IMG/VR virus record: IMGVR_UViG_3300045988_183511
DNA length: 64,000 nucleotides
Direction: 5' to 3' (one strand)
From: a virus
Positions 18,413 through 27,965 of this stretch are shown one piece after another (the stretch's first letter is position 1; each line of letters opens with the position of its first letter). The notes under the pieces are model-generated. The model saw nothing but the letters and a program-made list of their open reading frames with translations, had not been told where the DNA came from and ran no database searches. The translations under genes and the position numbers were made by a program.

Positions 18413-19952
18413 TTACGTAAAAACAATCCCTTCATTTTTTGCAACAAATCTGCATTGTCCAGCGGCTATTTTGTTCACGTTGGTGTCTTTATACCTTGTT
18501 GCTTTCCCGTCCTTGGAAGCCACTATGCTTTGCATTACATGAGCTTGTTCGCCAACAAAAAATACACTTCCTGGATGATTACGGTTCAAATTTCTATATG
18601 CAGGATGATGCTCTTTCACCTTGAGCTTGCAAACATCACCTGGATGGCTTTGACGAAACTCTTCCAAGCTGTCGGTAGTCTGTTTAATAGCCTTGTGGCG
18701 ATTCGTTGCCACTGCTTTGCCATTGAGCGTGTACACGCGACTCATGTTCTCTTTATGTAGCGCTCTTCTATCATGGCGGCGGAACTGTTTCAGCTCATAC
18801 GGCACATGATTGTTGATATTGCTATCACAAACGTTGCTTGGCAAGACGGAGCAAGCAATACAGTAAGCATCGAGCCAATGGTCTTTACTTACACTGTGCG
18901 ACTCACGATAGTCATGGGTGCTCTTGCCTGTTGTCACAAAAAAGTGCTTTGGAAATAGCACACTCAATTTATTCGTCAGTGCCGGAATGATTTGATTCAA
19001 TACACTCAAAGCGCCGTACTTTTTGTTAAGTCCAACTTTTTCTTCGGCAAGTTTCTTTTGCCAGGCAGCATCTTTATGAACAAGGTTATGATGCTCCGAG
19101 CATAGACCAACGATATTGGCAATGGTGTTGCTGCCATTCTCGGATTGCAGCACTACATGGTGGTAATGGTCGATGGGTTTATCACAGAACAGGCAATGGT
19201 GTTCCTGCATTTCAGAAACAGCATTTTCAAGACTCCCTTTTTGGTAGAGTGGACCTTGTTGGTACTGCCATTTCTGAATGTCAGGATTATCAAGCCGCAT
19301 AAACGCAAATTTGTTGACTTCAAGTACAACATCGCTGATGGGAAGAAACTTTTGAATCTTCTTAACCAAGTTGATGTGTGTTTGGAGCAGCTGATTTGCA
19401 GTAGGTGTAAGCCAGCCTTCCGGTCTTGTGCGGTTGGTGAACTTTGTCTCTTTGTTTTTGATGCCGATGCAAAGTACATCTTTTTCACAACCCGGTAGGC
19501 GGCGTTTAATAACACCGATATCTTTTGCGCGTTTGCTGACGCTGCCATTTTGAGCAGTAGTTTGCTTAACGCACTTTTTAGAAATAGTTCCATTTGCCTT
19601 AGCTCTCCGTTGACGGCGGCAGCGTCTGCCATTGGTGCGTCTTGCGCGGCGGGCTTTTTTTACGGTCTTGCATCAACTTTGGAATCTCTTTATTGCGAGT
19701 TTCCAGATGTGCCGTAAAGACTGCCGTTCCATTTGCTTTAACAACGGCAACGCCAATATTGGTTCTACCGGGGTCAATACCCAAATAGAGCAGCTGTACC
19801 GCATCATCTGTTTCATATAGCAGCTGGATGGTAAACGGTTTTGCTCTTACGACTCGTGCTTTCTGCTCTTTAAGCAGATGGCGCACATGCCCGCCGCGAG
19901 TCGTAGGCATTAAAGGTTTACCGTCTTTGTTAAGCACATAAACAGTGGGCAT
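18413..19952 (-). pseudogene. iscB: iscB (OMEGA RNA-guided nuclease) interrupted by a +1 frameshift in a poly-A tract near 19651-19661
   Basis: Track ORFs 19599..20084 (KPLMP motif, Ruv[17 protein letters not shown]) and 18413..19369 (HNH CLFCDKPIDHYHHVV...GLCSEHHNLVH) are in different frames; my translation of the 19369-19672 gap in the downstream frame gives the bridge helix [19 protein letters not shown]; the frames meet at an A-run (AAAAAAAGCCC). Confidence 0.65.
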
Positions 19953-20154
19953 ATACGCCACCTCCTTTACGATAAGTCTCTCCTGCCGAAACAGGAGGTT
20001 GTGTTTCCCTTGGCTAGATGACGCCTTCGCATGGTTGCAGGCTGGGAAAACCGTACAAGTGCAGCTCGTCATCTTGATGTACAAAAGTACATCTGCCTGT
20101 GATATTTACAAAGTCAAGTGGTTTTGTTGGAACCACCAAATTTCGTAAATACCC
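19953..20154 (-). ncRNA. candidate omega RNA (IscB guide RNA scaffold)
   Basis: about 200 nt non-coding stretch immediately 5' of iscB start with several stem-loops on minus strand (GTGGTT-ccaacaa-AACCAC; GTAC-tttt-GTAC; TCCTG-tttcgg-CAGGA); position matches where IscB omega RNAs are encoded. Confidence 0.4.
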
Positions 20155-20763
20155 TTAATATTCAGTGCAGAGAACCGTCAAAAGGCTGGAGAAGTAGTAC
20201 ATTGCGATGGTCGTGATTTTCACAGCATCGCTTCCCTGCCCGTTTGCAAGGCGCGTAAAGGTGCCGCCATTCTTGAGTCGGGTCATGGTCAGGTACATGA
20301 GCATATAGGTGTTCACATAGACGTCTGTATATCGCTGACCGTCGTCCTCGTAGCGCTGCGGGATACATTCCTGACTCAACATTTCAATGAGCTGATACCA
20401 GGATTTCAGATACAGAGGGCTCTTCGGTTCATTCAGAGCATTCTGAGCCTGCTTCTGGTATTCTTTCAGAGTTTCATCAGTCAGGGGCATAAACTCGACG
20501 TTTGCAAATTTGTCACGGTTGTAGTAGAGCCACAGCGTGGCATTGGACAGGTCCATGCAAATACCGGCAAGCTTCTCTGCTTTTTCGTCCTCCAGTTGAG
20601 TCACCGGAACGCTCGGGTCATCGATTTCGGCATCTTCGGAAGTCATGTCCACAATCCTGTAGCTGTTCTCTTCTGCCCGAATTTCAGAACTGACGAAGCG
20701 CTTGAAATCTTCAACGAGCTTCCGATAAGCTTCGAGCTGAGCATTTTCTTTCTGTTCACTCAT
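20155..20763 (-). CDS. hypothetical protein (about 202 aa)
   Basis: ORF track 20155..20865, start reset to MSEQKEN (GGGAG RBS). Confidence 0.4.
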   Translation of the reverse strand: MSEQKENAQLEAYRKLVEDFKRFVSSEIRAEENSYRIVDMTSEDAEIDDPSVPVTQLEDEKAEKLAGICMDLSNATLWLYYNRDKFANVEFMPLTDETLKEYQKQAQNALNEPKSPLYLKSWYQLIEMLSQECIPQRYEDDGQRYTDVYVNTYMLMYLTMTRLKNGGTFTRLANGQGSDAVKITTIAMYYFSSLLTVLCTEY

Positions 20764-20957
20764 AATGTGTATCTCCCTTTTGGATTTCTTATTATATGGA
20801 TATTGCACTTTTTTGCAAGGGCTTTTAACCCAAGCACCTTTTGCGCCGTTTGTCAATGGCCACAAAATATCAAAGTACTGGTAAAATTAAGGTGGGAAGA
20901 CGTTCTGGAACCATGAAACACAGGGCCCTGCCTCTTGCTTATGGCTGCTGACTTTTT

Positions 20958-21665
20958 TCAGCCTGCGTTCTGGCTGTTCTTCTTGACATCGGCTGCAACC
21001 TTCAAGCGGCGTATGTACTCTTCCAGTTCCTCCAGTGTATAGGTTTCTTCCGTCTCAATCGGCTCTTTGGCATCTTTGGGCAGATAGCTTTTCGTACAGA
21101 CAAACTCAGGGCTCGTTACAGGGCAGTCCAGGACAGTTTCATCGTACAACTCTTTCTCGATGTTGTGGTAGAGAAAGAACGGGATATGCCGCCCGCAATC
21201 GTCATCCGATTCTGTCCAATCCGGGAGTTCCTGGATTTCGAGGGCATATGTTTCATAAAATATCGTGTTTGCCCGAGCATTGCCAAGAAGAGTGTTGAAC
21301 AGCTTAAAGTTTTCCCTCACTTCACGGCGAAAGAACTTCGGGAGCGAGAACTCCTCGTATTCCAGTTTCGTATCAGAGCGTAGGTAGTATCGGTACTGCG
21401 TCTCGACCGGTATAAACTTTGTTGCAGCATTCAGTTCTTTCAGAGCGTTGAGTCGTTCACTCGTCTTTCTGACATTATGTCTTGCATAGCCCAGATACGC
21501 TGAAACCAGAATCATCAGAAGAAGAGCTGCAAGGATAATGACAATGAGCCATTCCTCGCCTTCCATATGCGGCAGGTGTTTCAGAATACTATCCTGGATA
21601 GCATAAGGAAGGTCATCGAACCATTCATAGAACCCAATCGGGTCCTGATAAGTATGGGGAGCCAT
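20958..21665 (-). CDS. hypothetical membrane-anchored protein
   Basis: ORF track; one TM helix (LIVIILAALLLMILV). Confidence 0.4.
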   Translation of the reverse strand: MAPHTYQDPIGFYEWFDDLPYAIQDSILKHLPHMEGEEWLIVIILAALLLMILVSAYLGYARHNVRKTSERLNALKELNAATKFIPVETQYRYYLRSDTKLEYEEFSLPKFFRREVRENFKLFNTLLGNARANTIFYETYALEIQELPDWTESDDDCGRHIPFFLYHNIEKELYDETVLDCPVTSPEFVCTKSYLPKDAKEPIETEETYTLEELEEYIRRLKVAADVKKNSQNAG

Positions 21666-21683
21666 GATTCACCCTCACCGCCA

Positions 21684-22571
21684 TCAGTAAATAAACTTGC
21701 ATTCCCGGCGTTCCCGGCCATTGCCGCACCAGTAATGCCGCCAGCGGGGGGTTTTGCCTTCCCCATTCTTTTTGTATTCTTTGGCCGCATTCTCACCAAC
21801 GGTATACGGTTTAATGTTGATTCGCTGTGCCTTTCCCTGAAACACGAATACCGGGCGGTCACGCTTTTTGGAAGTTTCCAAGCGGACATCAGGGTTCTTG
21901 CTGGCAAGATAGTTGGCGCACAGGATTGCCAGCCGGACATAAGGCGTTCCGTCGTCAAAGACCGAAGGCACTTCTTCCATTACGGCCGGAACACTGATAC
22001 CGTTCACTTGCCGCTGTCCTGCTGCCTTTTCCAGATATTCTTTCGTACTCCGGGTTGCTTCCGTCAAACTCTGATTTTCCTTGGCCCAGGCAGGCAGAGT
22101 CAGGAACGTGAAATCATCGTGGCTACCCTTAGTGGGGCCGACAAGAACGATACCGAAAGCTGTGGTTTTCTCTTTTTCGTCGAATTCCACATGCACGAAC
22201 ATACCGTTGTAGTCGTAGCTGTCATACACCGGGATAAAGAAATCACGAACCGGGAGTCGCTGCAGGATATCCTGATGAATTGCCACGTCATCCGTATCCA
22301 TCAGCATTTTCTGAAACTCGTAGTCAAAATCATAGACCGTCTTCGTCTGATTCCAGCAGCCAATGGTAAAGCAGGGAAAAATCTGCGCAGCCAAAACACG
22401 CTCAAAACCCGGCGTGTTCATTCTCTGCGCCGCTGTCATGCAGCACAGCATCGCGGACTTGTTGTATTCTTCCAGCGTTTTTCCACACGGGTCACTGAAT
22501 CCAAAATGGTTTCGGGTTTGTTTGGTAACGGCATTCGCCGTCAATGCGATTCTCAGCTGTTCATTGGTCAT
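21684..22571 (-). CDS. hypothetical protein (295 aa)
   Basis: ORF track. Confidence 0.4.
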   Translation of the reverse strand: MTNEQLRIALTANAVTKQTRNHFGFSDPCGKTLEEYNKSAMLCCMTAAQRMNTPGFERVLAAQIFPCFTIGCWNQTKTVYDFDYEFQKMLMDTDDVAIHQDILQRLPVRDFFIPVYDSYDYNGMFVHVEFDEKEKTTAFGIVLVGPTKGSHDDFTFLTLPAWAKENQSLTEATRSTKEYLEKAAGQRQVNGISVPAVMEEVPSVFDDGTPYVRLAILCANYLASKNPDVRLETSKKRDRPVFVFQGKAQRINIKPYTVGENAAKEYKKNGEGKTPRWRHYWCGNGRERRECKFIY

Positions 22572-23164
22572 TTGCTATCCTCCAAAAGTTTATTTTTTGT
22601 CATATGCAAACAGCGCTGGACCATCCCAATGGTGAATTTGCGAGTCGTCAGTACTGTCATGAGCTTTCCTTCATTGCCCTTGATGGTTCGTTCCAAAATG
22701 TTCCAGGATTCGCTTTCGGGCTTGACATTGGTATATAAGTCCAGCGGAACATACAACCACGCGATTTCACTGTCCTGCATCACGGCATAGGATTGCAGGA
22801 TTTTATCAATTGCCTCCACGCCGACCTTCCAGCTGGTGATTATGGTCCGGCTGATATCGTATACAATCAGGTGCGGTGCTTCATTTGCTTCCGTATCAAC
22901 TTCAATGACATGAGCAATATACGGTTTTCCGTCCACCAGCTTATACCGATAAATGATGGACGGGATTTTCTCTCGAATCAATCTGTCATGTTCAAGCGCC
23001 AAGTCCGCGTACTCGCCCGTTGCATCAATGATGATGACTCGTCCCTGACAGGTCCTCAGTGTCGCTCTAATTTGCTTGCGGCACCAGGCAGAGCAGCTCT
23101 CTTTGTACTCCGTCGAGACAAGAAAGAAATTCCTGCCCGGTGTGATAATGGGTTCATAGCTCAT
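22568..23164 (-). CDS. hypothetical protein (198 aa)
   Basis: ORF track; 4-nt overlap with upstream gene. Confidence 0.4.
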   Translation of the reverse strand: MSYEPIITPGRNFFLVSTEYKESCSAWCRKQIRATLRTCQGRVIIIDATGEYADLALEHDRLIREKIPSIIYRYKLVDGKPYIAHVIEVDTEANEAPHLIVYDISRTIITSWKVGVEAIDKILQSYAVMQDSEIAWLYVPLDLYTNVKPESESWNILERTIKGNEGKLMTVLTTRKFTIGMVQRCLHMTKNKLLEDSK

Positions 23165-23202
23165 TGTTTATCCTCTGTAGCTTTTGTAATTCATTCACTT
23201 TT

Positions 23203-23230
23203 AATTGTCTGCAATTCGCACAGTTTCGCA
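23203..23230 (-). promoter_or_regulatory. minus-strand promoter, motif copy (TTGCGA-aac-TGTGCGAAT-tgca-GACAAT)
   Basis: read on minus strand. Confidence 0.45.
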
Positions 23231-23264
23231 ACATGATATTGTCTGTGAATACCAGTTATCGGAG

Positions 23265-23903
23265 TCATAGTCCTTTGACAAAATTCGGGTCGTAGTGGGA
23301 CAGGACTTCCTCGTTCAAGCTGTATTCGCAGTTGATAGTCGTTGCGTCATCCACATACATGCCTCGGTTTGCGTAGTATATTCCATCAATATAAATGGCG
23401 AACATGACGGACGGCATCAGTGCCTTTTCATTCACTGCGTAAATCAGGTATTCATCCAGATTATCCTTGACCACCGCGCTCTTATTGATTTGGGCGATTT
23501 GCTGTCCGCCAAGAAATACAGGGCAGCATACTCCTTCTTTTCCAAAACCAATTTTGTAGCTCTGGTATTCCTCGCCATACAGCTGCATGGCGATAGAATT
23601 GTATCCTTGGAGAAATCCGGTTTTTGTATGGATGACGGAAATCTCGCCTACCGTGCAGTTGTTCTCACGGATAGCAAAAGGGTATCTCAGAATATCTTTC
23701 GTGTTGATGCCGCGCATGTACGCCCTTGCGTCAGCAGCTGGCATGTATTGCAGCAGAAACTTGGAATCATTCAGCCGGATGCCATAACCCTGCCGTAGCA
23801 ATTTCGGGATATAGTGTGCCTGCCCGATAACGGCCTTGCCTTTCACGATATCGAAGGTGAACTCATATCCTTTCGATTTGGTTTGCTTCACAATCCATTG
23901 CAA
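23265..23903 (-). CDS. hypothetical protein (212 aa)
   Basis: ORF track. Confidence 0.4.
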   Translation of the reverse strand: MQWIVKQTKSKGYEFTFDIVKGKAVIGQAHYIPKLLRQGYGIRLNDSKFLLQYMPAADARAYMRGINTKDILRYPFAIRENNCTVGEISVIHTKTGFLQGYNSIAMQLYGEEYQSYKIGFGKEGVCCPVFLGGQQIAQINKSAVVKDNLDEYLIYAVNEKALMPSVMFAIYIDGIYYANRGMYVDDATTINCEYSLNEEVLSHYDPNFVKGL

Positions 23904-24144
23904 GACTCATCGCCTCCTTTTGCCTTCTCACTCGCTGGATAACCTTGTAAATACCAGGAACCGAGAGCTGATATTTTTCGGATAGTTTCTGCACCGGTAC
24001 GCCACTCTCGTATTCTCGAAAGATATTCTCATTGCGCGGTCTTTGTCTAATTTTGATGCGCTCATTTCTACGGTTTTCAGTCAGGCCCGCATCGTTGGCA
24101 ACCATGCTGCAATATCCTTCTGCCACGTTAAATTTCGCAATCAT
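23863..24144 (-). CDS. small HTH protein (sigma-70 region-4-like)
   Basis: ORF track; ESGVPVQKLSEKYQLSVPGIYKVIQRV helix-turn-helix. Confidence 0.45.
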   Translation of the reverse strand: MIAKFNVAEGYCSMVANDAGLTENRRNERIKIRQRPRNENIFREYESGVPVQKLSEKYQLSVPGIYKVIQRVRRQKEAMSLAMDCEANQIERI

Positions 24145-24189
24145 TTCCTTGAGAGGGACACTGTTCTTGTATGCCGCAAGAATTTCGGC

Positions 24190-24327
24190 CTATCTAGCAT
24201 CCTCTACCTGCGCCAACTGAATTCTGGCCTCCTGTTTCGCGTCGTCTAACGCTCGATAGCATGTACGGACGCTCAACCTGTATTTTGCGGCAAGCTCCTC
24301 AATGGAATAGCCGTTGCCGTAGTCTTT
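24190..24327 (-). CDS. very small HTH protein paralogous to 23863..24144; same frame, separated by a single TAG
   Basis: ORF track 24190..24441; GYSIEELAAKYRLSVRTCYRAL HTH; start reset to internal ATG because the promoter motif overlaps the track start. Confidence 0.3.
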   Translation of the reverse strand, partial: KDYGNGYSIEELAAKYRLSVRTCYRALDDAKQEARIQLAQVEDAR

Positions 24328-24403
24328 CATGATATTGCAATTTCGCTCAATCAACTTTTTGCTTGCAAATTTTGAGATGGTACTCAGCTCCTTTGCTTTA
24401 CGC

Positions 24404-24431
24404 TTTATTTCTGATTGTCTGCAATTCGCAC
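24404..24431 (-). promoter_or_regulatory. minus-strand promoter, motif copy (TTGCCC-att-TGTGCGAAT-tgca-GACAAT)
   Basis: read on minus strand. Confidence 0.45.
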
Positions 24432-24492
24432 AAATGGGCAACTATTTTTGCGAAATAAGAAGGCAGGCTCCGAAAAGAACCTGCCATGCATA

Positions 24493-26658
24493 TTAGAGGT
24501 TAAAGATGCCCAGCCAGCGCCGAAACTTGATGCCGAACAATTCCTGTGCCTGCTCGTAGTTCATGATAAGCTGGTTGCCGCCAGAAATCTCTGCTTCGAG
24601 GGAGTTCGGCAGCTCATCTGCAATGTATTTCAGTTCGTACCACGGTCCATCCGGCGGATAGGAGTAAATGAGCCTGTTCTGCTTCTTATCAACCCGGAAC
24701 TTGCTCGGGTCAGCCTGCCATGCCAGTTCGATTTTCTCAATTGCAGCACGACCAATGCTCTCATCACCCATATAGTCGTTATAGTACAGGATACGCACAT
24801 AGTCCGGCAAATCGATTCCGCATGCCTCGAAGATATCTGCAATGACACTAGACGAAGCGTGGAAGATATCCGGGAAGTATTCCTTGCCATTCGCATTTTC
24901 ACGCATTTCCGTCGTCATCTCATCGATGCAAACAAGCATTCGGCGGACATATTCGCCATAGAACGCGGTTGTCAGCTCCGACATACTCTCATTCACACGC
25001 TTCGAGTTTTTGGCACCGCGCTCGTTGTCGATTTTAGCACCAATTCGACAGATGATAGCGCGTTTCGAGAGGTCTTTTGTCAGCGAGGTAATTTTATTCG
25101 ATGTGATAGATACAGCAGGATAGTTCACGAGCCTGTCCGAGATACCCCATTCATCGTTCTTGATTACCCGTTCTGAATGGTTCTGAAACTGGGTCTTGGC
25201 GAGGTCGTCGATGTTCAGCGGCAGTCCCTCACAAACTCGTTTGAGGCCGTCGATTCTTGTGGCTGTGAAATCCTCCGTTGTGTTCATCTTAACGGTCTCA
25301 CCGCTCATGAGTTTGATAAGAAATTTTATAAAGGTCGTCTTGCCGCCGTTTGAGTCACCGTAAATTACGCCGTACATCGGGAACAGCTTCGTATCGTAGT
25401 TGTTCCTTGACGCAAAATACCGAAGGTACGCCATGAACGGGGTAGCCAGATACCAGGTCATGTACTTGAAGTAGTCCTTCTTGGCCTGTTCGACATCGCC
25501 GTAAAAGTAGTCCATGCCTGAGAAGAACTTCTGGATGCTTTTGATGTTCTTTGCCACCTCGCTGAGATTCGGATTGAGGTCGATATTCTCGTCGTTGAAG
25601 GTCATGGTCCCGGCATCATAGTCGATATGTAATTTCGGGAGCTGCTTAACTGCCTCAGCTGCCACACGCCGAACCTCGGTATATCGTTTCCCGAAAACGC
25701 GCATCGGTTCCGCTGCCACTACAATACGATTCGCCTGTACCGGCATCTTAGGCATGATTGGCTTGACGAGTTCCTGCATTTTCTTGACATCGGCAACTAT
25801 CTCGTATTCGACCTCATCCTCAGGCTGTGCCTGTTCCAGAAAGACAAGCTTCTGCTTTTCAATAGACTGAAAGACGGGCACTTCTTTGATGTTCTCTTTC
25901 AGATAATCTTCCTGGTTCATGGTGTTCACGACTGCCTTATAGGAGACATTGTCGGAGCAGGTCTCCTTGAAGGTCTCGAACAGAACCTTGTAATGCGAAA
26001 ATGCCGCCTCGTCATCGAAGCAGACGATATTCTCTCGCTGAATGCCGCAAAACGCCGATGCCGACATATTCGCACTGCCGGTGATGACTCGGACACGCTT
26101 ATGGTCAGCGCTCTCCAAGATAAAGATTTTCTCGTGCGATTTCGTGTCTCGCGATACATACAGCTGCAAGGACCCGTCATCGAGGCGGTTCGCAAGGTTC
26201 CCTGCCGACTTAGACTTAGCGAGCCGCTGCACGCTGTCGATTTGCACCGACATGATGGCAGCAATGCCGTTGGCGATGATTTTCTCGCATCCGAACACGA
26301 CTTCCGCATACGAGAACTTGTTGATGACCTTATTCACGAACTCGATACCGGACGAAAAAGTGATAGCATAGAGTCTGTCGAACCCGTCAAACAACTCTTC
26401 CCAATTCGTTTCTACCGTATCAGCATATACCGCCTTCACAACACTCAACGCCTGCGTGGAGATGCTCGCCTTTGCCTTCGTGGTCTTGTTCGCCACGAGT
26501 TTGAAGGGCTTATCCGTCTGCCCTTCACTGTCCTCCATGTCCTCGCCGGGGTCCAAGAGTTCTTCCGGGCCTTCTACGGTATATTCGGGGCTTTTCGATG
26601 CCATCATGTCCATGAGCGACATCTGATTTTCCAAGTCGTTTGTTTTCCTTCTTGCCAT
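24493..26658 (-). CDS. PLD-like (HKD-type) nuclease domain fused to P-loop NTPase (primase/VirE-associated-like)
   Basis: ORF track; SHEKIFILESADHKRVRVITGSANMS resembles HxK..GSxN; Walker A GDSNGGKTTF, Walker B-like LNIDDL. Confidence 0.5.
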   Translation of the reverse strand: MARRKTNDLENQMSLMDMMASKSPEYTVEGPEELLDPGEDMEDSEGQTDKPFKLVANKTTKAKASISTQALSVVKAVYADTVETNWEELFDGFDRLYAITFSSGIEFVNKVINKFSYAEVVFGCEKIIANGIAAIMSVQIDSVQRLAKSKSAGNLANRLDDGSLQLYVSRDTKSHEKIFILESADHKRVRVITGSANMSASAFCGIQRENIVCFDDEAAFSHYKVLFETFKETCSDNVSYKAVVNTMNQEDYLKENIKEVPVFQSIEKQKLVFLEQAQPEDEVEYEIVADVKKMQELVKPIMPKMPVQANRIVVAAEPMRVFGKRYTEVRRVAAEAVKQLPKLHIDYDAGTMTFNDENIDLNPNLSEVAKNIKSIQKFFSGMDYFYGDVEQAKKDYFKYMTWYLATPFMAYLRYFASRNNYDTKLFPMYGVIYGDSNGGKTTFIKFLIKLMSGETVKMNTTEDFTATRIDGLKRVCEGLPLNIDDLAKTQFQNHSERVIKNDEWGISDRLVNYPAVSITSNKITSLTKDLSKRAIICRIGAKIDNERGAKNSKRVNESMSELTTAFYGEYVRRMLVCIDEMTTEMRENANGKEYFPDIFHASSSVIADIFEACGIDLPDYVRILYYNDYMGDESIGRAAIEKIELAWQADPSKFRVDKKQNRLIYSYPPDGPWYELKYIADELPNSLEAEISGGNQLIMNYEQAQELFGIKFRRWLGIFNL

Positions 26659-26998
26659 TTTGTGCCTATCCTTCCTAAACAGATTTGGGTCATTTGTTGG
26701 TTTGGGTATAAAAGCGAGCGGTTACTTTTTAGCAACCAATTATTCATTCATGGTTTTTGTTTTTTCGGTTAAACTGATTTTAGGTATTCCTAGTTTTATT
26801 TTACCACTTTAGCTGTCCCATTGTCCGGACTTCAAACCACTCGGCGCAAGTATTATCCGCCTCAGCCGGATTTCATTCGTCTTTTCTTGTATCCTCTTCG
26901 CGTTTCGTTTAATTTCGTGTTGTTTCATGAATACCAAAAACAGCCGCCATATTTATTGCAAATACATCCTTGCATCGCTTTTTTGTTCTCCAATTCCC

Positions 26999-27026
26999 AT
27001 TGTATGCAATTTGCACGGCTGTGCAA
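26999..27026 (-). promoter_or_regulatory. minus-strand promoter, variant motif copy (TTGCAC-agc-CGTGCAAAT-tgca-TACAAT)
   Basis: read on minus strand. Confidence 0.4.
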
Positions 27027-27176
27027 CTGCCTACAGAGTATCAAACTGCTGGAAATCATGCCGCAGAATATCAAACTGCTGGTAAAATCGGCTCGCTTCG
27101 CCACTGAATCGCTGTATTCACAAAACAAAAAGCCGTCCACCCAAAAAGATGAACGGCATATATTTTTGCAGGATGG

Positions 27177-27383
27177 TTATGCTTGCGCTGCTTCTGTTTT
27201 TCTGCCATTGTACAAGGCGGCGACCATATCGACCGCCTCATCCATCGAGTGGCACTGGTAGCTAATGACCTTGCCGCTGCAGGTCAACATCCTGCCGCAG
27301 AGGTTGTAGGTCTTGCCGTCCGATGCCGTCATAATATTGCCGTAGCAATTCACCGTCACACCGGATTTTGTGTATACTACCAT
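27177..27383 (-). CDS. hypothetical small protein
   Basis: ORF track 27177..27461, start reset to MVVYTKSGVTV (AAAGGTGGTGA RBS). Confidence 0.35.
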   Translation of the reverse strand: MVVYTKSGVTVNCYGNIMTASDGKTYNLCGRMLTCSGKVISYQCHSMDEAVDMVAALYNGRKTEAAQA

Positions 27384-27622
27384 GTTTTCACCACCTTTTT
27401 CGGTTTTGTATGTTTTATATTTTTGCCTTTTAGCCCGCCGTACTTTGCCAAGACTATGCACAGGGCGTCTCGAATAGTCTCGGCATGCCCATAGACATGC
27501 CCATCGTCACCAATGACTTTTGCCCCTTGCAGCCAGTAGGATGTATCGTCAGAGGCAAAGACCGTGTTGCCATTGAGGACCAGCGTTACGCCTGATGCAG
27601 TTTCGATTTTTGCTATGCTCAT
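27377..27622 (-). CDS. hypothetical small protein, paralog of 27177..27383 (shared ..SGVT.. N-terminus)
   Basis: ORF track 27377..27811, start reset to MSIAKIETASGVT. Confidence 0.3.
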   Translation of the reverse strand: MSIAKIETASGVTLVLNGNTVFASDDTSYWLQGAKVIGDDGHVYGHAETIRDALCIVLAKYGGLKGKNIKHTKPKKVVKTW

Positions 27623-27668
27623 ATTCGTTCTGCCGCTTTCCTGTGCCGTTTTTCTTTTCTTGTTCGGT

Positions 27669-27965
27669 TCAGCCGAAATCAATACTACGCCGTCCGGCGT
27701 ATAAGCCGTTTCCGTAAGCTTTATTGACGGCCTTTTTGAGCTCCTCCTGAAACTCCTGCTCTTCCATCTCGTTCTTTCTGAATGCTTCCGCAAACGCCTT
27801 GTACAAGTCATAGGTCTCTTTGTCGGGGTTAAATGGTGCGGTTCTGTAGTATTCTGTTACGAACCACTTTTTGCCATCGATGCTGGTCAGATAAAATCTT
27901 GTATTCGGAATCGGAATGCTTCCCATCATGTCAATCACCATCCTCCACGACCAAGGCGAACCCAC
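27669..27965 (-). CDS. hypothetical protein (98 aa)
   Basis: ORF track. Confidence 0.35.
   Translation of the reverse strand: MGSPWSWRMVIDMMGSIPIPNTRFYLTSIDGKKWFVTEYYRTAPFNPDKETYDLYKAFAEAFRKNEMEEQEFQEELKKAVNKAYGNGLYAGRRSIDFG

Larger units (their letters stand above)
18290..20155 (-). mobile_element. IS200/IS605-family element carrying iscB only (no tnpA) with upstream omega-RNA region
   Basis: IscB domain order (PLMP, RuvC-I, Arg-rich bridge helix, HNH) plus imperfect subterminal hairpins at both sides; boundaries approximate. Confidence 0.45.

Noticed and set aside
19153-19632. Track ORF 19153..19632 (159 aa) inside the IscB region
   Set aside because: It is in the third frame across the iscB frameshift site. 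The other two frames give the recognisable IscB bridge helix and HNH sequence, so this one is spurious.
24187-24192. Stop-codon reassignment (TAG at 24190 and TGA at 41362 both sit in-frame between homologous/continuing ORFs)
   Set aside because: Two different stop codons are involved. Neighbouring long genes terminate on TAG, TGA and TAA at sensible positions. Domain boundaries coincide with the stops, so separate genes or pseudogenisation is more parsimonious than recoding.
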